Source: a candidate division FCPU426 bacterium
Lineage (GTDB): Bacteria > Oederibacteriota > Muellerivitia > Muellerivitales > Muellerivitaceae
Assembly (NCBI GenBank): GCA_963719085.1
Contig: CAVRAL010000004.1
Coordinates: 576,001 to 640,000 of the forward strand
DNA: 64,000 bases
Reading direction: 5' to 3'
The notes beneath the pieces are model-generated. The model was given only the letters and a program-made list of their open reading frames with translations. It did not search any database and had not been told where the DNA came from. The position numbers and the translations under genes are program-made. Below are positions 47,413-55,658 of this stretch, piece after piece (positions within the stretch are counted from its first letter, which is position 1; the number at the start of each line of letters is the position of its first letter).

Positions 47413-48522
47413 ATGAGCCACGATCAAATACGGAAGGAATTTTCTTTGACGAACCCCCGGCCCGCCCATCGGCCTCCCTTTTTTAAACAGGTGGCTTCCA
47501 TGACCACCAAGATGGATTGGTCCCAATTCGACCCTTTAGGCGGCGTCCGGGGCATGCTGGGCGTGGCCCTGCCTTTGGCGGCGGGCTTTCTTTTAGGCAA
47601 CCTCACGGACGGCGTCATCACCGCCTCGGGCGCCTTGGCTTTAGGCGTGGGTTCTTTTCAAAAAAACAAACAATCCCACCCGGGCGCCATTCTTTTAGGC
47701 GGACTGGTCATGGGGCTTTCCACATGGATCGGCACCCTGGCCGGCCATTGGCTTTGGCTCTCGGTTCTGTGCGTGGCGCTTTGGGGATTCGTCGGCGGAC
47801 TTTTATTTGAGCTCAATCTTCCGACTTCTTTCGTGGGCAATAAAGCCATCTTGGCGATCCTGATCGCGGGCGGCTATCCCTCGGGTTTGGAGCAAGCCCT
47901 GCACCGCGCCCTCCTGGTTTTTTTGGGCGGCCTGGTCCAATCCCTTTTGGCGCTTTTAGAAGGCCCCCTGCGGGAACGCTGGGGCGGCCGGGCCCGGGTT
48001 TCGGGCGAGGCGCCTTCGCTTTCCAAAACGCTTCCGGCTTTTCTTTCGAATCTCAAACCGCCCTCGCCGCTTTTTCAAGGCGCCTTAAGGCTCAGCCTGG
48101 CCCTGGCCGCTTCCGATATCTTGTCCCGGTTTTTGGGCGCCCAAAGGGCCTATTGGATGCCCATGACGGTGCTCATTATTCTTCGGCCCGAGTTCGACCA
48201 AACTTTCGGCCGGGGATTGGGCCGCATGGCGGGGACCTTGGCCGGCGTGGGACTCGCCACCGCGCTCACCCTTTGGCTTCATCCGCAAGCCTGGATGCTG
48301 GCCTTATTGATACTGCTTTTTTCCTGGCTTTGTTTTACCCTTTTCGCGGTCAATTACGCCCTCTTTGCCGTGGCCTTGACCGCCTATGTGGTTTTTATGG
48401 TGACGATGGGAGGCGTGCCGGAAGCGGCGGCGGCCCGGGACCGGGTCATCGGCAATTTGGCCGGAGGATTTTTCGCCCTTGCTGTTTTTTTATTGTGGCC
48501 CGTGGGGAAAAGCAAAAGCTGA
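47413..48522 (+). CDS. FUSC family (YccS/YhfK-like) membrane protein
   Basis: YW.PMTV.IILRP....T..RG..R..GT..G and RV......G motifs. True start may be slightly downstream. Confidence 0.85.
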   Translation: MSHDQIRKEFSLTNPRPAHRPPFFKQVASMTTKMDWSQFDPLGGVRGMLGVALPLAAGFLLGNLTDGVITASGALALGVGSFQKNKQSHPGAILLGGLVMGLSTWIGTLAGHWLWLSVLCVALWGFVGGLLFELNLPTSFVGNKAILAILIAGGYPSGLEQALHRALLVFLGGLVQSLLALLEGPLRERWGGRARVSGEAPSLSKTLPAFLSNLKPPSPLFQGALRLSLALAASDILSRFLGAQRAYWMPMTVLIILRPEFDQTFGRGLGRMAGTLAGVGLATALTLWLHPQAWMLALLILLFSWLCFTLFAVNYALFAVALTAYVVFMVTMGGVPEAAAARDRVIGNLAGGFFALAVFLLWPVGKSKS

Positions 48523-48525
48523 TTT

Positions 48526-48635
48526 ACCACGAAGTACACTAAGTTCACGAAGTTCGGCAAAAATCGGATTCATCCCAAATCCGATTTTTCCTTCGTCGTT
48601 TATCCTTACTTAGTGAACTTCGTGCACTTTGTGGT
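48526..48635. repeat. Inverted-repeat element of 9-bp tandem units with internal hairpin
   Basis: 28-bp arms match at 24 of 28 positions (units CACGAAGTA/CACTAAGTT/CACGAAGT); internal 12-bp perfect stem AAAAATCGGATT/AATCCGATTTTT. Confidence 0.8.
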
Positions 48636-48650
48636 TCGAATGAGGGACTC

Positions 48651-49565
48651 ATGAGCTTTTTAGATCAAGTGGAAATAGGCATCGGAACCTGGTCCTGGGG
48701 CGACAACGCGGTTTGGGGATTTGGGAAAAATTACGGGGCGTCGGATTTAAAAGAGGTTTTTGACGAAAGCGTGAAGGCGGGCGTCCGCTTTTTCGACACC
48801 GCCGAGGTTTATGGAAGCGGAAAATCGGAAAGCTTCCTGGGTCAATTCCTGAAGACGGTCCCGAAAGAACGGATCCATACCGCCACCAAATTCATGCCTT
48901 TTCCTTGGAAAGTTTCCACCTCCCATCTTTTAAAATCCCTGCGCTTAAGCCTTCAGCGGCTTCAACTTTCCCGGGTGGATCTTTACCAGGTCCATTTTCC
49001 CATGCCCTTCCGGTCCATCGAGGCTTGGATGGAACCCCTGGCGGAAACCGTGAAGCAAGGCTTGGCCGCTGAAGTGGGCGTTTCGAATTACAGCCGCGAT
49101 CAGATGCTGCGGGCCCAGGACGCCTTGGGTAAAAAAGGCGTCCCTTTGGCTTCCAACCAAGTCCAGCTCAGTTTGGTCCGCCGAAAGAACGATCTAAATG
49201 GAGTTTTCGCCGAATGCCGCAAAAGCGGCATCCGCTTGATCGCCTTCAGCCCCTTGGGAATGGGACTGCTGTCAGGAAAATACACCCGCCAAAATCCCCC
49301 GGCGGGACCCCGGCGGCTTTTTTATTTCGGTCAATTGGGAAAAATTGAGACCTTAACGGCGGCTTTACGGGAGATGGGTCAAACCCATGGGGGCAAAAGC
49401 CCCAACCAAGTAGCCCTGAATTGGCTGATCGCCAAGGGCGCCCTTCCCATACCGGGAGCTAAAACCGCCTCGCAGGCCAAAGAAAACCTGGGCGCGCTGG
49501 GCTGGCGTTTGTCGGAGGAAGAATTGGGGCGATTAGACGAGCTCAGCCGGCATTTTACGCTTTAA
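48651..49565 (+). CDS. Aldo/keto reductase (pyridoxal reductase-like subgroup)
   Basis: GIGTWSWGD, FDTAEVYG, ATKF, DLYQVH, VGVSNY, SPLG.G.L.GKY, PIPG. Confidence 0.92.
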   Translation: MSFLDQVEIGIGTWSWGDNAVWGFGKNYGASDLKEVFDESVKAGVRFFDTAEVYGSGKSESFLGQFLKTVPKERIHTATKFMPFPWKVSTSHLLKSLRLSLQRLQLSRVDLYQVHFPMPFRSIEAWMEPLAETVKQGLAAEVGVSNYSRDQMLRAQDALGKKGVPLASNQVQLSLVRRKNDLNGVFAECRKSGIRLIAFSPLGMGLLSGKYTRQNPPAGPRRLFYFGQLGKIETLTAALREMGQTHGGKSPNQVALNWLIAKGALPIPGAKTASQAKENLGALGWRLSEEELGRLDELSRHFTL

Positions 49566-49611
49566 GTGAATTGGGCTTGCGTCCATTGCCCGGGCTTTTT
49601 AGGATAGACCC

Positions 49612-49992
49612 ATGGAATCTTCCGAATATATTCCCGGCGTTTGCAATATTGGCCCGCAAGAACGCGTCCTACGCCGCATGGTGGGTTACGTTTGCGTCGG
49701 GTTTTTCGCCGCTCTCTTTTTAGTCTTTTATTTTACCCACGCGCCTTACGGCTTACGCCTGATCCTATTGATCCCGGCCTTTGTCGGCGGTGTGGGCTTC
49801 ATCCAGGACGCCATGCGATTTTGTGTCAACTTCGGGTTTCGGGGCCTTCATAATCTCACCCGTTCCGCCGGCGTCACCCTCACCGTACAGGAAGCCGAGT
49901 TCCGCCATTCGGACCGGGAAAAAGCCGTTGAAATTCTTTGTTACTCGCTGATCGCGGCTTTGGCCCTGACTTATTTCGCCCTTCTCTTTTAA
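49612..49992 (+). CDS. Conserved hypothetical membrane protein
   Basis: Y.PGVCNIG..E...RR and GF.Q....FCV.FG motifs; 3 TMs. Confidence 0.7.
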   Translation: MESSEYIPGVCNIGPQERVLRRMVGYVCVGFFAALFLVFYFTHAPYGLRLILLIPAFVGGVGFIQDAMRFCVNFGFRGLHNLTRSAGVTLTVQEAEFRHSDREKAVEILCYSLIAALALTYFALLF

Positions 49993-50122
49993 TTTCCCCG
50001 CCCCGCATGGGCGGAATCCCTTTTAAAACTTCCCTTTTTTCGAGATCCCGAAGCTGTTAATTGACAAGTCCCTTCCAGGCGTTAGGATGCCCCTGCCGTT
50101 ATCCTTATCTTGAGGAGTTGTC

Positions 50123-50530
50123 ATGCAAGAACCGCATTTGACCTTGTGGGTGGTCCTAGTGGCCGCCGTGGCGAAATTTCTTTTGGGGGGCTTGTGGTAT
50201 TCGGCTCTTTTCCAAAAGTCCTGGATGAAAGAAATGGGTCTTAAGCCCAAGGACATGAAAAAGGGCATGGGGGGCAGGTCCATGGCGATTGAGTTCGTCG
50301 GGAACCTAATCACAGCCTTCGTTTTGGCCGCCGCCATCCGTTCTTGCGGTGCCCAGGGAATTACGGGGGGCTTAACCGCCGGTTTTTTCAGTTGGCTGGG
50401 TTTCGTGGCCGTGGTGCAGATCCACAGCGTGATTTTCGAGATGAAATCCTGGAAACTTTTTTTCATCAACACGGGCTTCCAGCTCGTGGGCCTGCTGCTG
50501 ATGGGGGCTATTTTGGGTCTCTGGGTTTAA
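50123..50530 (+). CDS. DUF1761 domain membrane protein
   Basis: AAV..F.LG.LWYS..F...W, FE.K.W.LF.IN.G; GAGGAG RBS. Confidence 0.85.
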   Translation: MQEPHLTLWVVLVAAVAKFLLGGLWYSALFQKSWMKEMGLKPKDMKKGMGGRSMAIEFVGNLITAFVLAAAIRSCGAQGITGGLTAGFFSWLGFVAVVQIHSVIFEMKSWKLFFINTGFQLVGLLLMGAILGLWV

Positions 50531-50553
50531 AAAAACTTAAATAAGCCGCGCTT

Positions 50554-50587
50554 AGGCGGGCCCCTTCGGGAAGCCCGCCTTTTTTTT
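50554..50587 (+). terminator. Rho-independent terminator
   Basis: AGGCGGGC...TTCG...GCCCGCCT followed by a T-run. Confidence 0.8.
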
Positions 50588-50635
50588 GCCCAAACCTATG
50601 GCCGGCATCCCCCAAGGGCCCATCACGGCGGAATA

Positions 50636-50673
50636 AAAAAAGGGACGGACCTTTAAGAGGCCCGTCCCTTTTT
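50636..50673 (-). terminator. Rho-independent terminator (minus strand)
   Basis: Minus strand reads GGGACGGGCCT-CTTAA-AGGTCCGTCCC-TTTTTT; the stem closes with G-U only on this strand. Confidence 0.8.
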
Positions 50674-50774
50674 ATTTAAACAGGAGCGGATCAGGGAACC
50701 GCTCCTTCTCTCTCTTCTCCACGCGCCGAAAGAACTTGAATCCTGGGGGGCAGGACTTTGAGTTCCCGGGGGAG
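50674..50774 (-). ncRNA. Candidate small RNA or structured 3' UTR with two C-rich-loop hairpins
   Basis: Hairpins with loops CCCCC and TTCCCTGAT, separated by GGAGAAGAGAGAGA; possible TAAAAT -10 at 50776-50786; terminator follows. Confidence 0.4.
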
Positions 50775-50824
50775 GATTTTATTTTAGGCTCGTTTTCTTT
50801 GCCTCGGGCGCTTGAGACGCCGGG

Positions 50825-52453
50825 TCAGTGTCCCCCGCCGCCGCCGCCCGGCGCGCCCCAGCCGGTAGGTTTTTTAAGAAAAAGAATCGGGATAATGGTG
50901 ATCACGAAAATACAAGCCATCATCCAGCACATATGGTCAAAGCCCAGTACAAAGGCCTGTTTCTTAACCCGGAAGAAGGCTTCCTTGGCCACCAGATTGT
51001 CCGGATGGGCCATGCCGAGGGTGTCGGCGAATTTAAAGCTCATCCCATTGACGCTTTGGGCCCATTGGCTGTAGCCGATGCGAAGCGGGCTGATATATTG
51101 CCGCAAGTGGTCATAGGCCACGTCCTGGGATTTGCTGAACATGGTGGCCAAAAAGGCGATGCCGATACTGCCTCCCATTTGACGGGACAGGTTCATAATG
51201 CCCGCGGCCTGCCCCAAAGCGGGCCCCTTGAACTGGCCCAGCACTAAAGCGTTCACCGGGATGAATAAAAAGGGCATCCCGAGCCCCCGAATCAGCTGGG
51301 AGTCGACCAAATCCCCATAGGTGGATTGGGGCGAAAAATTTCCTAAATAGATGAGACAGGCCTCGATGGACGCCAATCCAAAAAACATGAACATCCGGGG
51401 ATCGAATTTTGAGAACTGGCTGCCGATGACCGGCATCATGAACCCGGCCAAGAGCGCCGCCGGCACGAACAGATTGCCGGTTTGGCCCGAGTCGAGCCCC
51501 AAAATGGTGCTGGCGAAAATGGGCACGAAAAAGATAAGACTGTAAAGCATGAACCCCACCGCGCCCATCAGCAGCGTGCCGTTAAGCAGGGCTACGTTTT
51601 TATAAAGCCTCAGGTCGATGATGGGATGCTCGGTCGTCAGTTCCCACCAAATGAAACCCGGGAGGCATAGGCCCGCCGTGATGGAACAAAGCAGGATGAT
51701 GTGATCGGAAAACCAATCGTCCGCCTGGCCCCGTTGAAGCACATATTGAAGGCATCCGATTCCCACGATGAGCAGCGCCAAACCCAAAGTATCCACCGGC
51801 GCCGTGCGGGCCTTGTTGTGAGCGTGGGCGTGCTCGGCTTCCACTTGGTAATCCTTCACGTAGGCCAGCGACAGGAAGGTGGCCAAGATGCCGAAGGGGA
51901 TATTGATGTTAAAAATCATCCGCCAGCCGAAATGGTCGGTTAAAAAACCACCCAAGGGCGGGCCGATCGTCGGGCCGATGATGACCACCATGCCGTAAAG
52001 GGCGCTTCCAAAGCCGGACCTTCCGGGGAACGCTTCCTGGATCAAAGCCTGGGAGGTGGGCAAAAGCGCGCCGCCCGCCGCGCCTTGAATGACCCGGAAA
52101 ATGATGAGACTGGTCAGATTGGGCGCCAGCCCGCAAGCCACCGACGCGAGGACGAAAAGAACGATACAGGTGGTGTAGTATTTTCGGCGGCCGAAACGCA
52201 TCCCCAGCCATCCGGAGATGGGAAGCACCACGGCGTTGGAAATGATGTAGCCGGTCACCACCCAGCCGATATCATCCAGCGTGGCGCCCAAGTTTCCCAT
52301 CATGGTGGGAATGGCCACGTTGACGATGGAGGTATCCACAATCTCCAAGAGCGACGCGATACCCGCGGTCAGGATCAGCATCAATCCGGCGCGGGAAAGA
52401 CCTTGCTGGGGCGCCGCCGCCGAGGGGGCGGCTATCGTTTTGGCTTCCGACAT
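50825..52453 (-). CDS. emrB: DHA2 family MFS efflux permease (EmrB-like)
   Basis: D.SIVNVA.P, W..TGY, RFGRR, R.IQG..GG, GP.IGP.LGG, WR.IF.INIP.G; about 14 TMs. Confidence 0.92.
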   Translation of the reverse strand: MSEAKTIAAPSAAAPQQGLSRAGLMLILTAGIASLLEIVDTSIVNVAIPTMMGNLGATLDDIGWVVTGYIISNAVVLPISGWLGMRFGRRKYYTTCIVLFVLASVACGLAPNLTSLIIFRVIQGAAGGALLPTSQALIQEAFPGRSGFGSALYGMVVIIGPTIGPPLGGFLTDHFGWRMIFNINIPFGILATFLSLAYVKDYQVEAEHAHAHNKARTAPVDTLGLALLIVGIGCLQYVLQRGQADDWFSDHIILLCSITAGLCLPGFIWWELTTEHPIIDLRLYKNVALLNGTLLMGAVGFMLYSLIFFVPIFASTILGLDSGQTGNLFVPAALLAGFMMPVIGSQFSKFDPRMFMFFGLASIEACLIYLGNFSPQSTYGDLVDSQLIRGLGMPFLFIPVNALVLGQFKGPALGQAAGIMNLSRQMGGSIGIAFLATMFSKSQDVAYDHLRQYISPLRIGYSQWAQSVNGMSFKFADTLGMAHPDNLVAKEAFFRVKKQAFVLGFDHMCWMMACIFVITIIPILFLKKPTGWGAPGGGGGGH

Positions 52454-52490
52454 AACAATCCTTTGAACGACTTCATCCGTAAGGTTTCTT

Positions 52491-52549
52491 TTTCACCGCA
52501 AGAACACCAAAAACAAAGATTCGATTTTCTTGGCGTCTTGGCGGTGAAA
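52491..52549. repeat. Inverted-repeat element of 8-bp tandem units in the emrA-emrB spacer
   Basis: TTTCACCGCAAGAACACCAA ... TTCTTGGCGTCTTGGCGGTGAAA. Confidence 0.7.
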
Positions 52550-52569
52550 TGGTTTTTAAATACGTTCTT

Positions 52570-53460
52570 TCAGTGAACCTTGATCTTCACGACCGCGGAA
52601 AGTCCGGCGGCCAGACGGTCCATATCGTCGGCGGTCAAATCGGTCAAAGTAATCTTGACCGGAACCCGCTGGACCACCTTGGTGAAATTACCCGTCGAGT
52701 TATCCGGCGGAAGCAAGGTAAAGGTCGAGCCCGTGGCGGAACCGATGCTGTCCACCACGCCGTTGAAGGATTTTCCCTTGACCGCGTCCACGTCCACCTT
52801 GACCGACTGGCCCGGCTGAATTCGGGACAATTGGGTTTCTTTATAGTTGGCTTCCACCCAGCGTTCGCTGGAGCTCACAAAACCAAAAAGCGCCTGGCCC
52901 GCGGGAACCACCATACCCACTTCCACCGACTTTTTGGCGATGGTGCCGTCTTCCGGCGCCGTGATTTGGGTGTAACCCAGGTTCAACTTCGCCTGGTCGG
53001 CCTTGGCCTGATCGGCCTTGAGGCGCGAGGTGAGATTGCGGTACTTGGCCAAGGCCGCGTCATAATCGGATTTGGAAATGGCCTGGTCTTGGTACAACTT
53101 GGTGTAGCGCTGGTAATCCTGGGACGCTTGTTCCAAGTCCGCCTGGACCGACGCCTGGTCGGCGATGGCCTGGCTATAGGAAGTGGAATAGTCTTGGTCA
53201 TCCAACTGGGCCAAAACTTCCCCCGCCTTCACCTTTTGGTTTTCCTTGACCAACACCTTCACCACCGCGCCGCCGATGCGGGGCGCCAGCATGACGGCGT
53301 GGGCCTGCACATAAGCGTCATCGGTTCCCTCATACATAAAATTTTGGAACATGAAATAGGCCGCCAACACGACCGCCAGGGCGATCAGGCCCCGGATAAT
53401 CATGGTTTTTTTGCCGTTGGCCGGCTTGACCCCGGAGGGCGCTACTGGTGTCTTACTCAT
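52570..53460 (-). CDS. emrA: HlyD/EmrA membrane fusion protein
   Basis: TDDAYV, V.ENQ.VKAG..L..LD, ANYKETQL, ATGS.F.LLP.DN.TGNFTKVVQRVPV. Confidence 0.93.
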   Translation of the reverse strand: MSKTPVAPSGVKPANGKKTMIIRGLIALAVVLAAYFMFQNFMYEGTDDAYVQAHAVMLAPRIGGAVVKVLVKENQKVKAGEVLAQLDDQDYSTSYSQAIADQASVQADLEQASQDYQRYTKLYQDQAISKSDYDAALAKYRNLTSRLKADQAKADQAKLNLGYTQITAPEDGTIAKKSVEVGMVVPAGQALFGFVSSSERWVEANYKETQLSRIQPGQSVKVDVDAVKGKSFNGVVDSIGSATGSTFTLLPPDNSTGNFTKVVQRVPVKITLTDLTADDMDRLAAGLSAVVKIKVH

Positions 53461-54934
53461 TTTCAATCCTCTTTCCCACAGACAGTTCAAGGTTAATTAA
53501 AGCTTCCAACGAATCAATTTGGGCCTGCACCAGGCCCGCCGCCGCGCGGTATTCCTCCAACTCAGCGTCCAACACATCCGTCGTGGTGCGGGTTCCCGCC
53601 TGAAACCCCACCGTGGCCAAACGCGCGCTTTCTTTGGCCTCGGCCACATCCGTCAACTTGGCGTTATAAATGGCCACGTTGGAAACCAACCGGCGTTTCC
53701 AAGTATCAAAGTCATAAGGCGCCTGGACTTGGGCCGCCTCAAAAGCGTCCCGGGCACCTTTGGCCTTTTCCCCATCCTCATTGGCCTTGGCCAAGGCGGA
53801 AGCCCCGTCCAAAATGTCCCAGGTCGCGGAAGCTCCGATGTAGTAGTCTTCCCGGAACTCATCCGTATGAATGACCGTTCCGTAGTAATTCGGCGTGTCG
53901 TACCATTGGTATTGGCCTATCAAAGACACCTTCGGTATTAAGAAGGAAGCCTCGCTGGCCGCGCCCTCGTCCTCGGCGGCTTTGGCTTGAAGCTCGGAAG
54001 CCTTCAAATCGGGTCTCTGGCTGAAATCAAGATCGCCCGCGGCCCCTAAAATTTTATTCGCGTCCAAAACCGGAAGAATGCCGCTTAACGGACGGTCGTC
54101 GGTTTTCATTCCCATGATCTGGGCCAGGTTTTCCCGCGCCAACACCACTTGGTCGTGGGCGGAAATTTGGTCGGATTGGGACTCATCGAGCTGAACTTTC
54201 ACCCGAAGCGAGTCGTACTTGGTGGCTTGCCCGTTATCCAGCTGATCCGTAACGATGCGCAGGTGGTCCTGCAGGGTCTTCACGTTTTGGTCGGCCATGT
54301 CGGAAAGTTCTTGGGCCGCGATGGCCTCATAAAACATCAACCGGATTTTTTGTTGGAGTTGGAATAAAGACCAATCCGCCATGATCTTGGCCGCTTGGTG
54401 GGTGTTGTTGGCCGCGTCCAATTTATGAACATTCTTAAACCCGTCAAAGACGTCGAAACTGGCGTCCAAGCTCAAGGCCGTGTCCGGCTGGATGCTGGGA
54501 AATTGCAGGGGAGGCGGCCCCGCGAATTCAATGCTCAAGTAAGGATATTGAATATCGAAAAAGTGTTGTCCGCTCACGCTGATATGAGGCAGAAACCCGT
54601 CGGAAAAAGCCTCCACTTGGCCCCAAGAGGCCTGGCGTTCCATATCCTGGGCTTGGCGGTAAACCGGCGATTGGCTCACCGCTTCTTGCAGAGCCTGGTC
54701 CAGGGTCAATCCACCCGCCACCATGCCACCAATTTGGGGTACGGAAGCGCCGGACCCAAAACCGCTTCCGGCCGCGGATCCTGTTTCTAAGGGGGAGGCC
54801 GTCACGGTCACCGCGGGCGCCGTGGTTTCAGACTCCGGTCCCGTTTGGGCCAAGGCCCATACCGGCATTCCCAGGCTGAGTAAAAGACCCATCGCCCAAG
54901 CGCCTTTTATTTTCATTTGATCGCTCATCGTCAT
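53453..54934 (-). CDS. TolC family outer-membrane efflux protein
   Basis: Signal peptide; LTL..A...A...P, G......D.L and F.AG..T..DVLDA OEP repeats. Confidence 0.9.
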   Translation of the reverse strand: MTMSDQMKIKGAWAMGLLLSLGMPVWALAQTGPESETTAPAVTVTASPLETGSAAGSGFGSGASVPQIGGMVAGGLTLDQALQEAVSQSPVYRQAQDMERQASWGQVEAFSDGFLPHISVSGQHFFDIQYPYLSIEFAGPPPLQFPSIQPDTALSLDASFDVFDGFKNVHKLDAANNTHQAAKIMADWSLFQLQQKIRLMFYEAIAAQELSDMADQNVKTLQDHLRIVTDQLDNGQATKYDSLRVKVQLDESQSDQISAHDQVVLARENLAQIMGMKTDDRPLSGILPVLDANKILGAAGDLDFSQRPDLKASELQAKAAEDEGAASEASFLIPKVSLIGQYQWYDTPNYYGTVIHTDEFREDYYIGASATWDILDGASALAKANEDGEKAKGARDAFEAAQVQAPYDFDTWKRRLVSNVAIYNAKLTDVAEAKESARLATVGFQAGTRTTTDVLDAELEEYRAAAGLVQAQIDSLEALINLELSVGKRIENE

Positions 54935-55410
54935 ACCTCGCTTTTTTTCAGGAAATGCGCCGCCAATAATTTTTTTAACAGGAGGGACAGATCCTTTTGT
55001 TCCTTGGCGGAAAGGACCGCCAGGAATTTTTTCTCCGCCGCCATCCCCAAGCGGTTAAGCTCCGGAAGCAGGCCCTTGCCCTTTTCCGTCACATGGATGG
55101 AATGGGCCCGGCGGTCCGAGAGGCTCACCCGGCGTTCCACCAATCCCGCTTTTTCCAAATCATCGATCATCATGACCATCGTGGAGCGGTCCATATGGAT
55201 GCAGCGGCCGATATCGTGCTGGGTCAGGGACCCCTTTTCTTTCAGCGTGGTCAGGATGCCCCAATGTTTGCCGATCAGGCCGTAAGGCTTCAAGGCCTCC
55301 TCGGTCATTTCCCGCAATTTAAAGGCGTTTTTTATGAGCAAAAAGGCCATCCGCTCCAGGACAATCCGGGGGATCTCAACGGCGGCCAGGGGTTCCATTG
55401 TTTTTTTCAC
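54931..55410 (-). CDS. MarR family transcriptional regulator
   Basis: L..YGL, SLTQ.DI, DRSTM...IDDLE..GLVER....DRR...I.VT.KG; GAGGAG RBS before GTG 55410. Confidence 0.92.
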   Translation of the reverse strand: MKKTMEPLAAVEIPRIVLERMAFLLIKNAFKLREMTEEALKPYGLIGKHWGILTTLKEKGSLTQHDIGRCIHMDRSTMVMMIDDLEKAGLVERRVSLSDRRAHSIHVTEKGKGLLPELNRLGMAAEKKFLAVLSAKEQKDLSLLLKKLLAAHFLKKSEV

Positions 55411-55432
55411 AGCCAGGGGCTCCTCAAGGGGT

Positions 55433-55473
55433 AACTGATCATCAGTGTTACTGACTATCAGGGTCACTGTCAA
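55433..55473. promoter_or_regulatory. Putative MarR operator(s) overlapping the marR promoter
   Basis: Tandem near-palindromes ATCAGTGTTACTGACT and ATCAGGGTCACTGTCA overlap the minus-strand TTGACA. Confidence 0.55.
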
Positions 55474-55504
55474 TAGGCCCGCCCCCTATTTTTTGGGGGG
55501 TCCG

Positions 55505-55531
55505 GCAACTTTTAGCCCCGGGAAGCCGTAT
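55505..55531 (+). promoter_or_regulatory. ECF sigma-type promoter
   Basis: GCAAC-N17-CGTAT upstream of the thioredoxin-NHL gene. Confidence 0.45.
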
Positions 55532-55658
55532 TTTGGACCGGACAGAAAAGGGATGCTTTTCGGCGCTGTTTCGATTTGTAACTAAATGTAGCGGCCCCTC
55601 GGCCAGCGGGTTGAAAGCCTCCGTCATTGTCGTTAACCTTAAGGCTAAAGAAAAAGGC

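Noticed and set aside
50700..50775. Possible 6S RNA or SRP RNA
   Set aside because: Too short, with no long closing stem and central bubble and no SRP helix-8 motif; kept only as a generic sRNA candidate.
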